33,546 nt of DNA from Candidatus Saccharimonadales bacterium (GCA_038257495.1 JBBSJF010000001.1:1-33546), one strand, 5' to 3'; counted from the first letter of the stretch, positions 1 to 8,747 are shown. Program-made: numbers and translations. The notes: generated from the sequence alone by a model not told the origin.

Positions 1-120
1 CACAAATAAGAATAAGACTATCAGTGACATCCTAGAAGAATTTTGGGATAAGCGAGGTAGACATAGCAAACTACCTATGTACCCTAAAATTGAAAGTATT
101 GCCGAAGCCACCCAAGCCAT
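1..120. repeat. Copy 1 of a 120-bp perfect direct repeat (partner 30712-30831); truncated by the left window edge
   Basis: Manual base-by-base alignment: 1-120 is identical to 30712-30831. Identity stops at 121 versus 30832. Confidence 0.9.
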
Positions 121-241
121 AGAAGCCCTCATTACAGAAGCAGAGCTGAAAGGCTTTGATATGGCATTTGATTGCCACGACTACGACAGGTTGAGGAAGC
201 ACAAAGAAACCTTAATAGCTAAACTAAAGGAGAACAAGTAG
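2..241 (+). CDS. 5'-truncated early gene, paralog of 30704-30988 (shared N-terminus, unrelated C-terminus)
   Basis: Open frame from the window edge to TAG 239-241. It encodes TNKNKTISDILEEFWDKRGRHSKLPMYPKIESIAEATQAI, as in the 30704 gene, then diverges. Confidence 0.6.
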   Translation, partial: TNKNKTISDILEEFWDKRGRHSKLPMYPKIESIAEATQAIEALITEAELKGFDMAFDCHDYDRLRKHKETLIAKLKENK

Positions 242-379
242 ATGAGTAAAATAGCCCAAATAGGTAACATAAATACCTTGTATTGGTCGAGGTCGAGGTC
301 GGGGTCGGGGTCGGGGTCGAGGTCGGGGTCGAGGTCGAGGTCGAGGTCGTGGTCGAGGTCGTGGTCGGGGTCGGTTTAA
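242..379 (+). CDS. Micro-ORF (45 aa) encoding a Ser-Arg/Ser-Gly/Ser-Trp dipeptide repeat
   Basis: ATG 242 abuts the upstream TAG. AAGGAG at 227-232 lies 9 nt upstream. Reads MSKIAQIGNINTLYW(SR/SG/SW)x15 SV. Absent from the ORF track, probably because of its short length. Confidence 0.35.
   Translation: MSKIAQIGNINTLYWSRSRSGSGSGSRSGSRSRSRSWSRSWSGSV
285..374. repeat. 15 tandem copies of the hexanucleotide GGTCGN (N = A/G/T)
   Basis: Counted units. Sixth base reads A A G G G A G A A A T A T G G; the other five positions are invariant. Confidence 0.95.
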
Positions 380-407
380 TTAAACAACTATAAGGAGATA
401 TTTTATT

Positions 408-746
408 ATGAAAACACTGGAAATTAGCGATACAACTTACGAGAATATAAAAGAACTACTACAAGCAGATGAATTAGTAGATATTTCTACGCTGGATGAT
501 TTAGTCGGTCAAAAGCTTTACATCAGAACGGTTACTTACCACTGTACGGGTAAGGTAGTAAAACGGATGGGTGCTTTTATCCAGCTAGAAACCGCTGCTT
601 GGATTGCAGATAGTGGACGCTTCAATGAAGCTATAGGAAAAGGCACACTGAACGAGGTCGAGCCAGTTGGGACTATGTGGGTTAATCTATCAAGTATTGT
701 AGATATGTTTCCATGGCGTCATGCACTGCCAACTGAGGTTAAGTAA
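408..746 (+). CDS. Hypothetical early protein
   Basis: ORF track. AAGGAG at 392-397 upstream of the ATG. Confidence 0.6.
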   Translation: MKTLEISDTTYENIKELLQADELVDISTLDDLVGQKLYIRTVTYHCTGKVVKRMGAFIQLETAAWIADSGRFNEAIGKGTLNEVEPVGTMWVNLSSIVDMFPWRHALPTEVK

Positions 747-1063
747 TGGATAATAAAGAACTGTTTAGATTAGCAAGTCTAGTTGGTTGTGAGCCAGAAG
801 ATGAGGAACGCCACCGAAAAGACTTATTAGCCTACCTAAAAGACCAAAAACTATCCCTGCTTAATCGGGTTGAGGAAGCGTTAGGTCAAAATCATGATTT
901 GCCAGTTAGTATTAGAAATGACTATACTCCTCGGTGCCAAAAAATGGTTATAGAAGTAGACGCTAAAAATGAACTCAAAGCCGACCTCCGCCACCATATT
1001 TCTGATATGAGAGATAAACTTAAAACCATAAAGGATGAATTATATGGAGGGCATAATGCTTAA
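746..1063 (+). CDS. Hypothetical early protein
   Basis: ORF track. TAATG start/stop overlap with the upstream gene. Confidence 0.55.
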   Translation: MDNKELFRLASLVGCEPEDEERHRKDLLAYLKDQKLSLLNRVEEALGQNHDLPVSIRNDYTPRCQKMVIEVDAKNELKADLRHHISDMRDKLKTIKDELYGGHNA

Positions 1064-1400
1064 AGCAAACCCATTACAACCAACAATATTTGACCAAGTT
1101 CAGCGTGCAAAACAAGAGGGTATAGAGGTAGCATACCAATATGCATCACTAGACTGGAAAAAGATAGCCAGTGATGCAGTTACAAAATGTGCTATGCAAA
1201 TGCCAAAGTTCTCTACAAATGATGTATGGGATGAAATAAATAAAACTGGCGTAACAACCAGAACCAATAGAGCGCTCGGTGCTATAATGCAATCAGCAGC
1301 TCGGTCTGGTATGATAAAAAAAGTTGGTTATGTCGGCTCAAGATTGGCTCACTCTAGTCCAGTAACTTTATGGCATAGCAACGTATACAAAAAGTATTAA
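1056..1400 (+). CDS. Hypothetical early protein (start probably ATG 1056 rather than 1035)
   Basis: GGAGG at 1046-1050 sits just upstream of ATG 1056. The 8-nt overlap with the upstream gene is typical of coupling. Confidence 0.5.
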   Translation: MLKANPLQPTIFDQVQRAKQEGIEVAYQYASLDWKKIASDAVTKCAMQMPKFSTNDVWDEINKTGVTTRTNRALGAIMQSAARSGMIKKVGYVGSRLAHSSPVTLWHSNVYKKY

Positions 1401-1519
1401 CAAGCTGGTGCGATCCACGATAGCTTCTGCTTAGATGGTTAATATATGTTAAATGTCTAGAGTCCCACTTACTCTAGCAACAGCCAGTCATTACATGTGA
1501 GGTGTAGTTTAAATATAAA

Positions 1520-1544
1520 AGCGCTCATAAACAGGGCGCTTTTA
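1520..1544 (+). terminator. Rho-independent terminator ending the early module
   Basis: AGCGCTC / loop of 7 nt / GGGCGCT followed by TTT. Confidence 0.6.
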
Positions 1545-1562
1545 TGTCTCTACCATTGCTTA

Positions 1563-1571
1563 TGTTATAAT
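1563..1571 (+). promoter_or_regulatory. Extended -10 promoter TGTTATAAT
   Basis: TGnTATAAT consensus about 20 nt after the terminator and 28 nt before the gene at 1599. Confidence 0.5.
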
Positions 1572-1598
1572 TTCTATTAAGAATAGAAGGGCTTACAG

Positions 1599-1937
1599 AT
1601 GTCAAGTAAAATATCATTTTATAAAGAAAACACCGTCAACATCAACCTTACTTTTATTGGCGTAGACCTCACTGGCGCAACTGTTTACTTCACTATAAAG
1701 ACGATCCCTGACGACAATGCTACCGACACCACGGCCATTATTAAAAAGGATGTTACCGTCCACACAGACGCACTCAACGGCAACACTACCATATCACTTA
1801 CCCCAGTGGAAACAGACAAGACGGCTGGCGACTATAGATACGACATAAAGCTTAAAAAAGCCACAGGCGAGCAGCAAACGATAGCCACTGGCAAACTTGA
1901 GATCAAAGAAGTCATTACCAACAGAGCCTCTCCATGA
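1599..1937 (+). CDS. Small Thr-rich virion or fibre-associated protein (function unknown)
   Basis: ORF track. First gene after the promoter and translationally coupled to the fibre-like genes. Confidence 0.5.
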   Translation: MSSKISFYKENTVNINLTFIGVDLTGATVYFTIKTIPDDNATDTTAIIKKDVTVHTDALNGNTTISLTPVETDKTAGDYRYDIKLKKATGEQQTIATGKLEIKEVITNRASP

Positions 1938-2119
1938 GCGATATAAACTTTACAATATCCCAAGACCCGATAAACCTTACAATATCCCAAGACCCGATAA
2001 ACCTAGTCATAGAAAGTGTCGGCGGTCCTGTGGGCGACCCAGGCACTGCTATAGCCGTTAGTCCTACTCCGCCCTTATTGCCTAGCCTTAACGCCCTGTG
2101 GGTAGATACTAGCGTTTAG
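1934..2119 (+). CDS. Short fibre-like protein with a duplicated TISQDPINL motif
   Basis: ORF track. ATGA overlap with the upstream gene. Has a GPVGDPG segment and a C-terminal ALWVDTS motif of the kind seen in fibre proteins. Confidence 0.45.
   Translation: MSDINFTISQDPINLTISQDPINLVIESVGGPVGDPGTAIAVSPTPPLLPSLNALWVDTSV
1950..2003. repeat. Perfect 27-bp tandem duplication (in frame)
   Basis: ttacaatatcccaagacccgataaacc occurs twice back to back (1950-1976 and 1977-2003). Confidence 0.95.
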
Positions 2120-2181
2120 TGGTTTTATACCAGTTCATAAAAAAGTGGACTGATAGTATTCATTAAACAAAGGAGAATAAT

Positions 2182-2607
2182 ATGGCAGCAGGTACATGGA
2201 CGTTTACCAACACGACAAGAACAAATTTACTAAACGGAACATTCGACTTAGACACCGACAGTCTTAAAGTCGCATTGTTTCTATCAACCTCTAACATCGG
2301 GGCAGCCAGCACAACCTATGCTGGAGTAACTAACGAACACGCTAACGCCAACGGTTACACAACTGGCGGTAATGCGGTCACAGGCTCGCTCTCAGGTACT
2401 ACAACAGTCACCTTTGATACAACCGACCCTGCCGTATGGACAGCTTCGGGTGGTTCGATTACAGCTAGATACGCAGTTTTGTATGAAGTAGCTGGGAATG
2501 TAATAGCTTACGCATTGTTAGACTCGACTCCTGCGGATGTGACGGCTACGGCTGGTAATACCCTCAGTGTATCGATAAATGCGTCCGGAATATTCACTCT
2601 AGCCTGA
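2182..2607 (+). CDS. Putative virion structural protein
   Basis: ORF track. AAGGAG RBS. Lies in the fibre cluster. Product assigned from context only. Confidence 0.45.
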   Translation: MAAGTWTFTNTTRTNLLNGTFDLDTDSLKVALFLSTSNIGAASTTYAGVTNEHANANGYTTGGNAVTGSLSGTTTVTFDTTDPAVWTASGGSITARYAVLYEVAGNVIAYALLDSTPADVTATAGNTLSVSINASGIFTLA

Positions 2608-2634
2608 TACTAACCCCTAACGAAAGGAGTTAGA

Positions 2635-4326
2635 ATGGCTCTTGCAGTATCGGCTAGTCTAGCATCACGAACTACATCAGGGACTACTCGCAGCATAGCA
2701 TTTGTTAATACTGCTGGTAACTTGCTTGTGGTCTGCGTTGGTCAGAATCAAACAACCTTAACGAACATCACATATAACGGTGTTAGTTTGACCAAGATAG
2801 ACCGCACAACTGGTAACTGGGCTGAGATGTGGTATCTTAAAAGTCCAGCTACAGGCTCAAATACTCTATCGCTAACTGGTGTTGGTAACACCGCCCAAAT
2901 AAATACGGGTATCATTTCGTTTTCTGGTGCTGACTCTACGACTCCCATAGAAACTTATGCTGTCGTAAACGGAAGCATGGATATTCTTAACCCTGCCGTT
3001 GCTTCGGTAACAAGTAGCAGTGCAGATAATTACCTAGTTGGCATATTAGACGGTACGGGTTCGTTTGCGGCTGCTGAATTGGCTGTTGCAACTCCTGGTG
3101 TTGAGATTCAAGAGGGTGCTGCTGGCACAAGGATCATAAGTTCGGCTTATAAGTCACTCGTCTTATCAGGTTCAAATAACATAACCTGGGAACGAAACCA
3201 GACAACTGCTCGTACATGGTTTGGCATTGTAGCTGTAATTGCTCCGAGCGCAGTCGCAGGGGGAGTTACCGCAACCCCAAGTACAGCCAGCCTGACAACC
3301 ACTAGATATACCCCAACTGTTACGGCTACGGCTAATCAGAACGTAACGCCTACTACAGCCACACTTATAACAACCATATTCGCTCCTACAGTAACAGTGC
3401 AAGTAAACACTGTAGTCACCCCTGCCACTGCCTCACTCACAACTTCAACATTTATTCCAACTGTCACTGCTACAAATAATCAGTCAGTTACTCCTATTAA
3501 CAACAACCTAACTACTAGCCGATTCGCACCAACTGTAACCGCCACAGATAACAAAATAGTCACGCCCACTACCAACAGCTTAACCACAAGCCTGTTCACT
3601 CCTACCGTAAGCGTATCGGATAATAAACAGGTCACACCATCAACAGCAAGCCTGACTACTACCAGATTTGCCCCAGCAGTTAGCTTCACCGCTAATCAGG
3701 TAGTAACCCCTGCCACAACTTCACTTACAATCAACCTACAAGCACCAGCCGTTACAACGGGCAACAACATAGTAGTTTCACCTAACATCGCAAGTCTAGC
3801 AACTTCTACATGGGCGATTGGAGTTGCCGCTACTGCTCACCAATTAGTGGTGCCGAATACCGCTAGTCTTACGACCACACGCTATGCACCAACAGTCAGT
3901 ACTACAGCCAATCAAAACATCACAATCGGTACTGCATCACTGAGCCTGACAACTCAATCTATAGCCGTATCAACCGGAGACAACCGTGTAGTAGTCCCTG
4001 CAACTGCTACATTTACGACTGCCACCTTCCCTATATCGGTAGCAACAACCGATAATAAATTAGTTGCGCCAAACACCGCCAGCATAATTATCAACCCACA
4101 AACACCGACCGTTACTGTAGATAATAGGATTACCCCACTCATAGCCCAGATGATAACGACTATATTCGCGCCAAGCGTTATAGCCACCACTTCAACAGGA
4201 CAGATAAAGGTATGGAGTGGTAGCGCCTGGGTAGCCAAGCCCGTAAAGGTTTATACCGGCACTTCATGGGTAAAGAAACCATTAAAGCGATGGAACGGTA
4301 GCGCCTGGGTTTCTACTCCCTACTAA
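2635..4326 (+). CDS. Thr/Ser-rich repeat tail fibre-like protein (563 aa)
   Basis: AAGGAG RBS. Has 13 units of about 24 aa, consensus VTPxTASLTTxxFAPTVTATxNQx. The C-terminus carries three W-G-S-x-W-V-x-K-P motifs. Confidence 0.6.
   Translation: MALAVSASLASRTTSGTTRSIAFVNTAGNLLVVCVGQNQTTLTNITYNGVSLTKIDRTTGNWAEMWYLKSPATGSNTLSLTGVGNTAQINTGIISFSGADSTTPIETYAVVNGSMDILNPAVASVTSSSADNYLVGILDGTGSFAAAELAVATPGVEIQEGAAGTRIISSAYKSLVLSGSNNITWERNQTTARTWFGIVAVIAPSAVAGGVTATPSTASLTTTRYTPTVTATANQNVTPTTATLITTIFAPTVTVQVNTVVTPATASLTTSTFIPTVTATNNQSVTPINNNLTTSRFAPTVTATDNKIVTPTTNSLTTSLFTPTVSVSDNKQVTPSTASLTTTRFAPAVSFTANQVVTPATTSLTINLQAPAVTTGNNIVVSPNIASLATSTWAIGVAATAHQLVVPNTASLTTTRYAPTVSTTANQNITIGTASLSLTTQSIAVSTGDNRVVVPATATFTTATFPISVATTDNKLVAPNTASIIINPQTPTVTVDNRITPLIAQMITTIFAPSVIATTSTGQIKVWSGSAWVAKPVKVYTGTSWVKKPLKRWNGSAWVSTPY
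3265..4200. repeat. 13 degenerate tandem units of about 72 bp (22-26 aa each) inside the fibre gene
   Basis: Protein residues 211-522 were split by hand into 13 units totalling 312 aa. Confidence 0.85.
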
Positions 4327-4967
4327 ATATCTATAATCTGATTATTCCAAGCTATCGGTCCAGTAGCAAGCCTGTGAGCTATTCTGGGCGCTACTGTGCC
4401 ACCATGAGCTAGTAAGCTGCCCAAATGGTCGTTATGGTCTACTAAGCTCGGTACACAGTAGTAGATAGGCAATCGGTTGCGCTGATAGAATATACCGATC
4501 CTTGTATCGTAAGGCGTATCGTTATACCGATCACCGCTTATAAAATCTAGCATTGGTTCTATATGGTCCGAGGGTATAAGAATGCCAACTCCCCATAGCA
4601 GCATATAAAAGTTTAACCAACTACCTTCTTCGGCTTTGTCTACTGCCTGAAAGACTCTATCAGCTAGTGGTTTAACTTTGCCGGTATACAAAGAAACAAT
4701 AGTCTTTGTCGGCACTGTAGCAATAATTCTTTCGATATTATCGTAGAAGTAAGGAGTCAATACGGCATCATCTTGTATAACAATATGCCAGTCGCTGCCA
4801 AGTACCATGCCAACCTCAAGTGATCGCTTGCCTGTATGCCACTCATTGTTAAGCTCATCCCATATAAGAAATACATCCGAAAACGGATAGTTAATAAGTT
4901 TCTTATATAGGGCTTTAGCTGCCACAGATCGCTTATGATGCGCCATTACACTGACTGATATATTCAT
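4323..4967 (-). CDS. GT-A-fold glycosyltransferase-like protein
   Basis: ORF track. Has a VIQDDAVL acidic motif after a beta-strand-rich N-terminus. Translationally coupled to the upstream GT2 gene. Confidence 0.45.
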   Translation of the reverse strand: MNISVSVMAHHKRSVAAKALYKKLINYPFSDVFLIWDELNNEWHTGKRSLEVGMVLGSDWHIVIQDDAVLTPYFYDNIERIIATVPTKTIVSLYTGKVKPLADRVFQAVDKAEEGSWLNFYMLLWGVGILIPSDHIEPMLDFISGDRYNDTPYDTRIGIFYQRNRLPIYYCVPSLVDHNDHLGSLLAHGGTVAPRIAHRLATGPIAWNNQIIDI

Positions 4968-6274
4968 TTTATATTATCCTTTAACCAGGCTTTATAGTCA
5001 GGATGTTCTGTAAAACGATGCTGCCGATACTTTTGACTAAATACATATATATTACGCCACTTAAGTTCGTCAATCTCTGCCTGTGGTTCGCTATTAAGTG
5101 TAATAGAAGCGAAGTGGTCAACGATCGAGTTATACACAAGCATTGGCTTAATGCCTAGAGCCCTGACCTGCTCTATAACCACATCATCACTGCACCAGAA
5201 TGTTACATCTGTATCGAAACCACCGATCTGTTCCCACACTTTACGCTTGATCATAAAGCACCAACCGGATAAGTGCTTGCCGCATTCATAACCACAAGTG
5301 TTCTCTGTAATATCGCTTTGGCGTGGGTCATTAGGTTCTCGAGGGCTTACTACATCGTTACCGGCTGCAATAAGGTGGTGTAACCATCCATCACTGAACA
5401 CAAGGTCGTTATTAGCTATCATAATCCAATCAGCCGATCCCTGCTCTGCACCGAAATTAGCATAGCCATTATAATTAAACTTGCCTGGCTTGCTGATAGT
5501 ATTGGCTCGTTGGTAGCCTAATGCTGCGCCTCCCTCTATAACAATTATATTAACCGCCAAGCCGTTAGAACCATAAAAGCAAGTATCTATAGTCTGCTGT
5601 GTCATGCGCTCGGTACGTCTATCATTGGCTTTAGATAGTATAATTACATCTACTAAGGGCTTTGTTTGTCGTGGAGACTGTGGATTGTAGCGCCAAGCCT
5701 GCGTCTCGGTAGTCTCTGAATTATAATCATAGTAGTAGAGTACTCTATCAATCTTATGCTCGGTCTTTAGATGGGGCAAAAGAACTTTGCCATATCCTGC
5801 ATCCTCGCCGTAAAGTACGTTAGGGAAGCTAGACTTAAGAGATAGTGATCGCTTTACGCAGCATATATGGTTAGGTATTCGGTGGTATTCATTGGCAGTA
5901 TTATAATCCTTTACAACATCTTTAGAATAATAGCAAAGCTTGGGAGGCTCGCCATTCAATTTAACCTCTGACTTGAATACTATACTATCAGCATCAGACT
6001 CGGTAGCATCAAGGATGCTTTGTATATAATCTTCGGCTATACGATCATCATCGTCTACAAACACAACGTACTTCCCCTGCGACATATCAATCATAAGGTT
6101 ACGCTTACGACCAAGCATTTGCTTCTTGTTGTCACTAAGCACTATGATCTCTACACGTTCCTGATCCACATAGGACAATAGGTTATACTGATCAAACAAT
6201 TGCTTCTCTATTTTAGGTAGGAATGTATTGTACCTAGTGTGTACACTGCATATTAGTATAGTGAGGTCTATCAT
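4964..6274 (-). CDS. Two-domain family-2-like glycosyltransferase
   Basis: N-terminal domain: LTILICSVH ... VFVDDDD. Second domain: VDVIILSKAN ... IANNDLVF. Both are GT2-like DxD patterns. Confidence 0.6.
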   Translation of the reverse strand: MIDLTILICSVHTRYNTFLPKIEKQLFDQYNLLSYVDQERVEIIVLSDNKKQMLGRKRNLMIDMSQGKYVVFVDDDDRIAEDYIQSILDATESDADSIVFKSEVKLNGEPPKLCYYSKDVVKDYNTANEYHRIPNHICCVKRSLSLKSSFPNVLYGEDAGYGKVLLPHLKTEHKIDRVLYYYDYNSETTETQAWRYNPQSPRQTKPLVDVIILSKANDRRTERMTQQTIDTCFYGSNGLAVNIIVIEGGAALGYQRANTISKPGKFNYNGYANFGAEQGSADWIMIANNDLVFSDGWLHHLIAAGNDVVSPREPNDPRQSDITENTCGYECGKHLSGWCFMIKRKVWEQIGGFDTDVTFWCSDDVVIEQVRALGIKPMLVYNSIVDHFASITLNSEPQAEIDELKWRNIYVFSQKYRQHRFTEHPDYKAWLKDNIK

Positions 6275-6530
6275 GTTACTCCATTTATCTATTGATTATT
6301 AGTATATCATCCTACATTAAATTTTATTTAGGTAGTTAAATACGAGCAGTTAAGTATATCTGGTACTAATTGACATAAAATAAAATAAACTATCTAGTAT
6401 ATATTCTACAGGGGCGGGGGGTCGACCTTTCTTTTCTAACAGACCATTCCCATCTATAAATAGGCAATTTGTGGGGGCATTTCTACCGAGGTTTTTTTGG
6501 ACAGGCGTAAAAGGTGGTAAAATAAATAAT

Positions 6531-6866
6531 ATGATAGGCACGACTTTAACCTTTGGTATGAAAACACAGACCAGCGCCGATGCTATGGGTAATCCTGTAA
6601 TGATTACCTCTAATATTGATGTATCAGATTGCTTAGTAGCGCCAATTACTGAGCCGGTGACTGCACGTGAGCAACAGGCTATAGCACAAAGCCGCGATCA
6701 GATTAGAATACACCTACCAAAAGACTTTACAGGCGATGTAAGCAATTCTGATGTTGCTTGGTTCGGCAAAATCTTCCACTTGGATAGTGATAGCATAATA
6801 TTCATGGAGGGCAACACGCCAACGCGTTGGAATCGCTACATTAGAGCGGAGTGCATAAATGGCTAA
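6531..6866 (+). CDS. Head-tail adaptor / head closure protein (start uncertain; the ORF track opens at 6471)
   Basis: AAGGTGG at 6511-6517. Size, position and the C-terminal pattern GKIFHLDSDSIIFMEGN fit SPP1 gp16 / HK97 gp9-like adaptors. Confidence 0.45.
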   Translation: MIGTTLTFGMKTQTSADAMGNPVMITSNIDVSDCLVAPITEPVTAREQQAIAQSRDQIRIHLPKDFTGDVSNSDVAWFGKIFHLDSDSIIFMEGNTPTRWNRYIRAECING

Positions 6867-7215
6867 CTTAGAAGTACTAGTTATTGACTGGCTTAATAGC
6901 CGAGGCAGTGTCTATCCTGCGACTGGCGATACTCCAAAAGATCGACCAACTAAATACATCACTGTTGATCGCACAGGTGGACCAAGAGAAGCTATGGTAC
7001 TAGACCGAGCTGAGATACTTATTGAGGTATACGATAAGAATAGTCGATTAGCTGCTAGCGATGAGGCAAACAAAATTGCAGACGATATTGTGCTACTAGA
7101 AGCCTATGATCAAAACATTACCCATGCAGATATAAACTCGGTTGTAAACCTTGACGATACGATTGGGCAGTTCCATCGTTACCAAGTTTACTGCGATGTC
7201 TACTACCGTCGCTAA
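6859..7215 (+). CDS. Head-tail connector / tail completion protein (DUF3168-like)
   Basis: ORF track. Overlaps the upstream gene by 8 nt. About 118 aa with the typical position next to the adaptor. Confidence 0.4.
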   Translation: MANLEVLVIDWLNSRGSVYPATGDTPKDRPTKYITVDRTGGPREAMVLDRAEILIEVYDKNSRLAASDEANKIADDIVLLEAYDQNITHADINSVVNLDDTIGQFHRYQVYCDVYYRR

Positions 7216-7243
7216 GTAAAAATTGTTATATTTAAAATTGTTA

Positions 7244-7252
7244 TGTTATATT
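7244..7252 (+). promoter_or_regulatory. Extended -10 promoter TGTTATATT (a second copy lies at 7224-7232)
   Basis: aaaattgttat is duplicated. TGnTATATT lies about 50 nt before the scaffold gene. Confidence 0.4.
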
Positions 7253-7301
7253 ATGAATAGTCAGAGAAAACGGTAGACGCACCGGAAAGGAAACAGCGGC
7301 G

Positions 7302-7775
7302 ATGGCTAAATACTTTACTAAAGATGGCGATAACTATGCAGAGGTAAGCGAAAACTTACTAACGCAAGTTGATGTAGACGGTGTTGTTGAAAAGCGACTC
7401 GAGCGTGAGCGCAGCAAATTTGCTGATTACGACACACTCAAGGAAACGGCTGGCAAAGTTGACTCTATTAAAAATGAATACGAGGATAAGCTTAAGACCG
7501 CAGGCACTGAGAGATCAGAGCTTGAAAAACAGTTAGGCAAAGCAAAACTTGATACTGAGAAGGTAAAAGTTATCCACGAATTTAAGCTATCTGATGAGCT
7601 TGCCGAGTTTGTAACCGGCGATTCCGCAAATGAAATGCGTGAGCGAGCTGAAAAGCTGGCTAAAGGCGTTACAGGTGGAAAGGTTACGATTCCTAAGACT
7701 GGCAAACCAGATGAAACAAAGTCTGACTCTCAAGCTCTAGCAGGTAAATTATTTGGCAAAAAGTCTGACGACTAG
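7302..7775 (+). CDS. Capsid scaffolding protein (DUF4355-like coiled coil)
   Basis: VVEKRLERERSKFADYDTLK motif, charged coiled-coil composition, and position directly upstream of the major capsid gene. Confidence 0.65.
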   Translation: MAKYFTKDGDNYAEVSENLLTQVDVDGVVEKRLERERSKFADYDTLKETAGKVDSIKNEYEDKLKTAGTERSELEKQLGKAKLDTEKVKVIHEFKLSDELAEFVTGDSANEMRERAEKLAKGVTGGKVTIPKTGKPDETKSDSQALAGKLFGKKSDD

Positions 7776-7814
7776 TTTACCAATTAATATTTTCTCGAAA
7801 AGGAATTAAACATT

Positions 7815-8726
7815 ATGGCTACTCCATTAAGACTAGCAGCCCTTAATCTTGCTAATCACACTGGCGATTCATGGGCTAAGAACATTCGTGGTGGTGTTCT
7901 TGCTAAATTAGCTCCACAAGATCCACAAATAAAAATCGGTAGTACCGATCACTTTACATTTACCGCAACGCCAAAAGCCGAGCTGGTAGGTGAGAGTGCT
8001 AATAAGGATTCGCAAGATAGTATTCCAACTAAAGTAACAGTTAAAACTTATAAAGTACAGGTTACTTACCGTTTTAGCCAAGAGCTTATGTGGTCTGACG
8101 AGGATTATCAGACAGGCATTGTAGATAAAATGGTTTCCAATGTAGCTATCGCTTTGAGCCGAGCGCTCGACTTGATTGCTATTCATGGAATCAACCCAGT
8201 TACAGGTACTGTTTCTGCTAGTGTTACAAGTTACTTTACCAAAGCTGGGAATGGCGTTGGTCGATCTGTTGCTACAGCCGATGCTCAAGCTGACCTTGAG
8301 GAAGCAGCCCTTGACTTGCAGACTGCAGGTTATGTTGCAACTGGTATAGCTTTTGATCCGCTTTTTGCTGGTCAGTTAGCTCGTAAAAAGGACACTAGCA
8401 ATCGACCTCTATATCCAGAACTTGGTCTTGGCTTCGGCTTCGAAAGGTTTGCCGGTTTAACTGCTGCATCTAGCGATACAGTATCTGGTCGTCAGGAACT
8501 CGCACCCGGTAGCGTACAAGTCAAAGCCCTAGTTGGCGACTTTAACGCTTTCCAATGGGGTATTGCACGAGAAGTACCACTCGAACTCATCGAGTATGGT
8601 GACCCAGACGGCAATGGTGACCTGAAGCGCACGAACGAAGTTGCTATTAGAGCTGAGTCTGTACTTGGTTACGCAATCTTTGATCCGTCTGCTTTCAGCT
8701 TGATCACATCTGGCGCAGCTTCCTAA
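7815..8726 (+). CDS. Major capsid protein, HK97 fold
   Basis: 303 aa immediately after the scaffold gene. Sequence pattern typical of HK97-family capsid proteins. Confidence 0.75.
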   Translation: MATPLRLAALNLANHTGDSWAKNIRGGVLAKLAPQDPQIKIGSTDHFTFTATPKAELVGESANKDSQDSIPTKVTVKTYKVQVTYRFSQELMWSDEDYQTGIVDKMVSNVAIALSRALDLIAIHGINPVTGTVSASVTSYFTKAGNGVGRSVATADAQADLEEAALDLQTAGYVATGIAFDPLFAGQLARKKDTSNRPLYPELGLGFGFERFAGLTAASSDTVSGRQELAPGSVQVKALVGDFNAFQWGIAREVPLELIEYGDPDGNGDLKRTNEVAIRAESVLGYAIFDPSAFSLITSGAAS

Positions 8727-8747
8727 TCGGAAGTCTAACCAAATTAA

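Noticed and set aside
285-374. Hexamer and 15-mer arrays considered as CRISPR arrays
   Set aside because: The units are contiguous with no unique spacers. Unit lengths of 6 and 15 bp are far below CRISPR repeat size, and no cas genes are present.
1440-1545. Candidate small RNA: promoter-like TGTTAAAT, a 6-bp hairpin (1457-1477) and the terminator
   Set aside because: The -10 candidates (TAAATG, TAATAT) are poor or mis-spaced. The hairpin and terminator are more simply the 3' UTR of the early operon.
2748-4238. Four minus-strand ORFs inside the fibre gene
   Set aside because: They are shadows of a repeat-rich gene with few stop codons on the antisense strand. They have no start context and no recognisable products.
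2635-4326. Diversity-generating retroelement acting on the fibre or on the repeat proteins
   Set aside because: I could recognise no reverse transcriptase and no template/variable repeat pair with adenine-specific differences. Variation in the 15-bp units consists of transitions in both directions.
6350-6541. Minus-strand ORF 6350-6541 and the GTG 6471 start of the adaptor gene
   Set aside because: Both lie in the divergent promoter region, with no RBS and low-complexity products. ATG 6531 after AAGGTGG is the more plausible start, though it remains uncertain.
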